Positions 35,052 through 36,715 of a stretch of 36,715 bases of DNA are shown piece by piece; within the stretch, counting starts at the first letter, position 1, and each line of letters opens with the position of its first letter. Both the position numbers and the translations under genes were made by a program. Origin of the DNA: Plakobranchus ocellatus (lineage: Eukaryota); contig BLXT01007646.1 of NCBI GenBank assembly GCA_019648995.1, positions 1,862,956 to 1,899,670 of the forward strand, given 5' to 3'. The notes under the pieces were generated by a model that saw only the letters and a program-made list of their open reading frames with translations, ran no database searches and was not told the origin of the DNA.

Positions 35052-36715
35052 GTAAGTCTAGGTGTTGCTGTACCTTCAATATTTTTGGGATTTTGCCAGC
35101 TTGAAAATAGCTGGACAGATTTTCAAGTGGACTTAAAGTTTCTTCCCGCTAACAGAGCAATAATATAGCATAGATTCTGTAAGATATATTAATGTTCATT
35201 ATAAAAAGGATTGAATCTAGATAAAGAGGAAAGATGGAAAAAAAGAATCTGTCAATTAAGATGTTCTGAAAAGTAGAAATTGTCATATAGAAAAATGATG
35301 ATTGCAAATATGTATTTCTTTGTGTTAAGTAACTATAATTTGTTCAAATCAAATATGTTGGATCCGATACTGTAGTAGTTTGAATATTAAGTGCTACTGC
35401 TAGTAGAAATCAGCACCCATAAAACTGACTTGCTAAATATCTGTCTTTAATCATTTACTCTCTCTCATGCCTTAGGCAAAGCTGATAAATAAAGACAGAT
35501 ATTTAGCAGGTCAGTTTGTGCCTTATTATCAAGACAGTCAAATGAAAAGCAGCAGTGTCCTGCCTACCTATCAGCCAACTTTCTCCACAATCACAAAAAA
35601 AATCATTTTACACTCTGCTGTTTTAAAATGACAGGTCTGTTTAGCATCTTTGACATGGTATTGATTCATGCAAGCTGGCAGTATTTGGCTCTGTGTGAAT
35701 TACGTAATATTTGCAATGCTGTGATTCAAATGGCAGAAGGGATCAACTTTCAGCCGCTAGCATTTAAACGAAACACAATATTATAACATTCCCAGTGATT
35801 TCGCAGCAACTTTAACATTCATGTGAGCATTGGGTGGCTTGGTATGTTTTATGTTATAGCCTCGTGGAGAGCTGATAGGTAAATTGGTAAAAGGGCTCAA
35901 ACATAAAGTCAAATCTTTGACATCATCATACCTAATTTAATTTTGTAGCTCTGAATCAACTTCTGAGATCTTTTGTTCTTTCTTTCACCTTACACAGTTT
36001 TGTAATCATCTGTCTCCAACTTACTCTATGTTTTTTAAAATCCCATCCTTGTAATTATTGAAATATGTGAATGTTTTTTTGTTTTTGTTTTTTTTGGGAG
36101 GGGGGGAAGGGAAGAATTGAAAATGTCCTGAAATTTTATATAATACTTTTTTAAGTTAAAAAAAAAACGTCTTTACTTATCTTTAAATTGGATTGTGTGT
36201 GCTACACACAGTCAACTTTTAAAAAATTAATTTAAAAGACCAAATGTTCTATTTCCCCTTAACAAAATCCTATCATGCAGCACTTCTTTTAGTCTCTATG
36301 GTCATTTGATATATAGCACATTAACTTATCAAAGGAGAAATATGTAGAATGACAACCCTCAGGTTCAAAGATCTTTTTTTTTTTGCGTTCAGTTATTCAA
36401 GTCTATCCGAAATCGTGTTTTTGATAGTGAGGATAATGAAATCGATGATTGTAAGGTCATTCCAAACTTTTTTGTTGGTTTATACAACCAAGAATACAAG
36501 AGAATGCTACATATTTCTTGCCTATGGGTTTATGAGAGAGTTTTGTTGTTTTTTTTAATCTAATTTGGCCTTTGCAGATTGGGAAGTCTAAATTAAAATT
36601 CATTTTAATAATCTTAACAATACTTTTCTTGTTGTCTCATCTCATTGTGAATTATCCATACGAAAGGATTCATTTGTCATGTATTGCCCAAAAGAAGCAA
36701 AAAGTATAATAGTTG

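Noticed and set aside
36390-36470. Candidate downstream exon (S)YSSLSEIVFLIVRIMKSMIVR, with acceptor gcgttcag and donor aag|gtcatt, phase-compatible with exon 34899-35051
   Set aside because: The translation has no WD40 character (no GH, no WD). The next true exon is probably beyond the window.
1-36715. Prokaryotic-style features (CRISPR arrays, operons, defence islands)
   Set aside because: The sequence is clearly a spliced eukaryotic gene. There are no direct-repeat/spacer arrays and no long uninterrupted ORFs.

Overview
Eukaryotic (probably invertebrate metazoan) genomic DNA: AT-rich introns, microsatellites, GT-AG splice junctions. Nothing prokaryotic is present (no operons, CRISPR arrays or Shine-Dalgarno-led genes). 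Most of the short ORFs in the six-frame track are spurious, and the track translates TTG as M.

Essentially the whole window (1458 to 35051) lies inside a single plus-strand gene. It is an ortholog of telomerase/vault-associated protein 1 (TEP1). I reconstructed 30 exons (plus one uncertain 48-nt micro-exon) whose intron phases form one unbroken, self-consistent chain. Their translations align in order with the vertebrate TEP1 modules as I recall them from the human protein:
- TROVE/Ro60-like RNA-binding module with its vWA-like part: exons at 1458-14870.
- DUF4062: exons at 16730-17336.
- NACHT NTPase: Walker A GKMGTGKT at 20799-20822, Walker B LVIFLDGTDE at 22537-22566.
- First C-terminal WD40 repeats: 32267-35051.

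The gene starts upstream of the window (the first exon enters in phase 1) and continues past the 3' end, since more WD40 repeats are expected.

The most interesting item is a phase-symmetric 156-nt exon (6817-6972) encoding an RG/RGG repeat (GGRGRGRGAPGRGRGAQGRGRGARG). It sits exactly where vertebrate TEP1 reads EKNR-PRRRF, and skipping it regenerates the conserved EKNR junction. It is therefore either a lineage-specific cassette exon that adds an RGG box next to the TROVE domain, or a GA-rich intronic artefact.

Intron findings:
- a near-perfect 32-bp-stem hairpin 200 bp downstream of exon 8;
- exact 200-bp and 100-bp tandem duplications;
- a ~150-bp (CT)n tract;
- a compound microsatellite at the window start;
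- a CpG-enriched block, with CTCTGTG repeats and recurring TAGATCTAGA palindromes, just upstream of the RGG exon.
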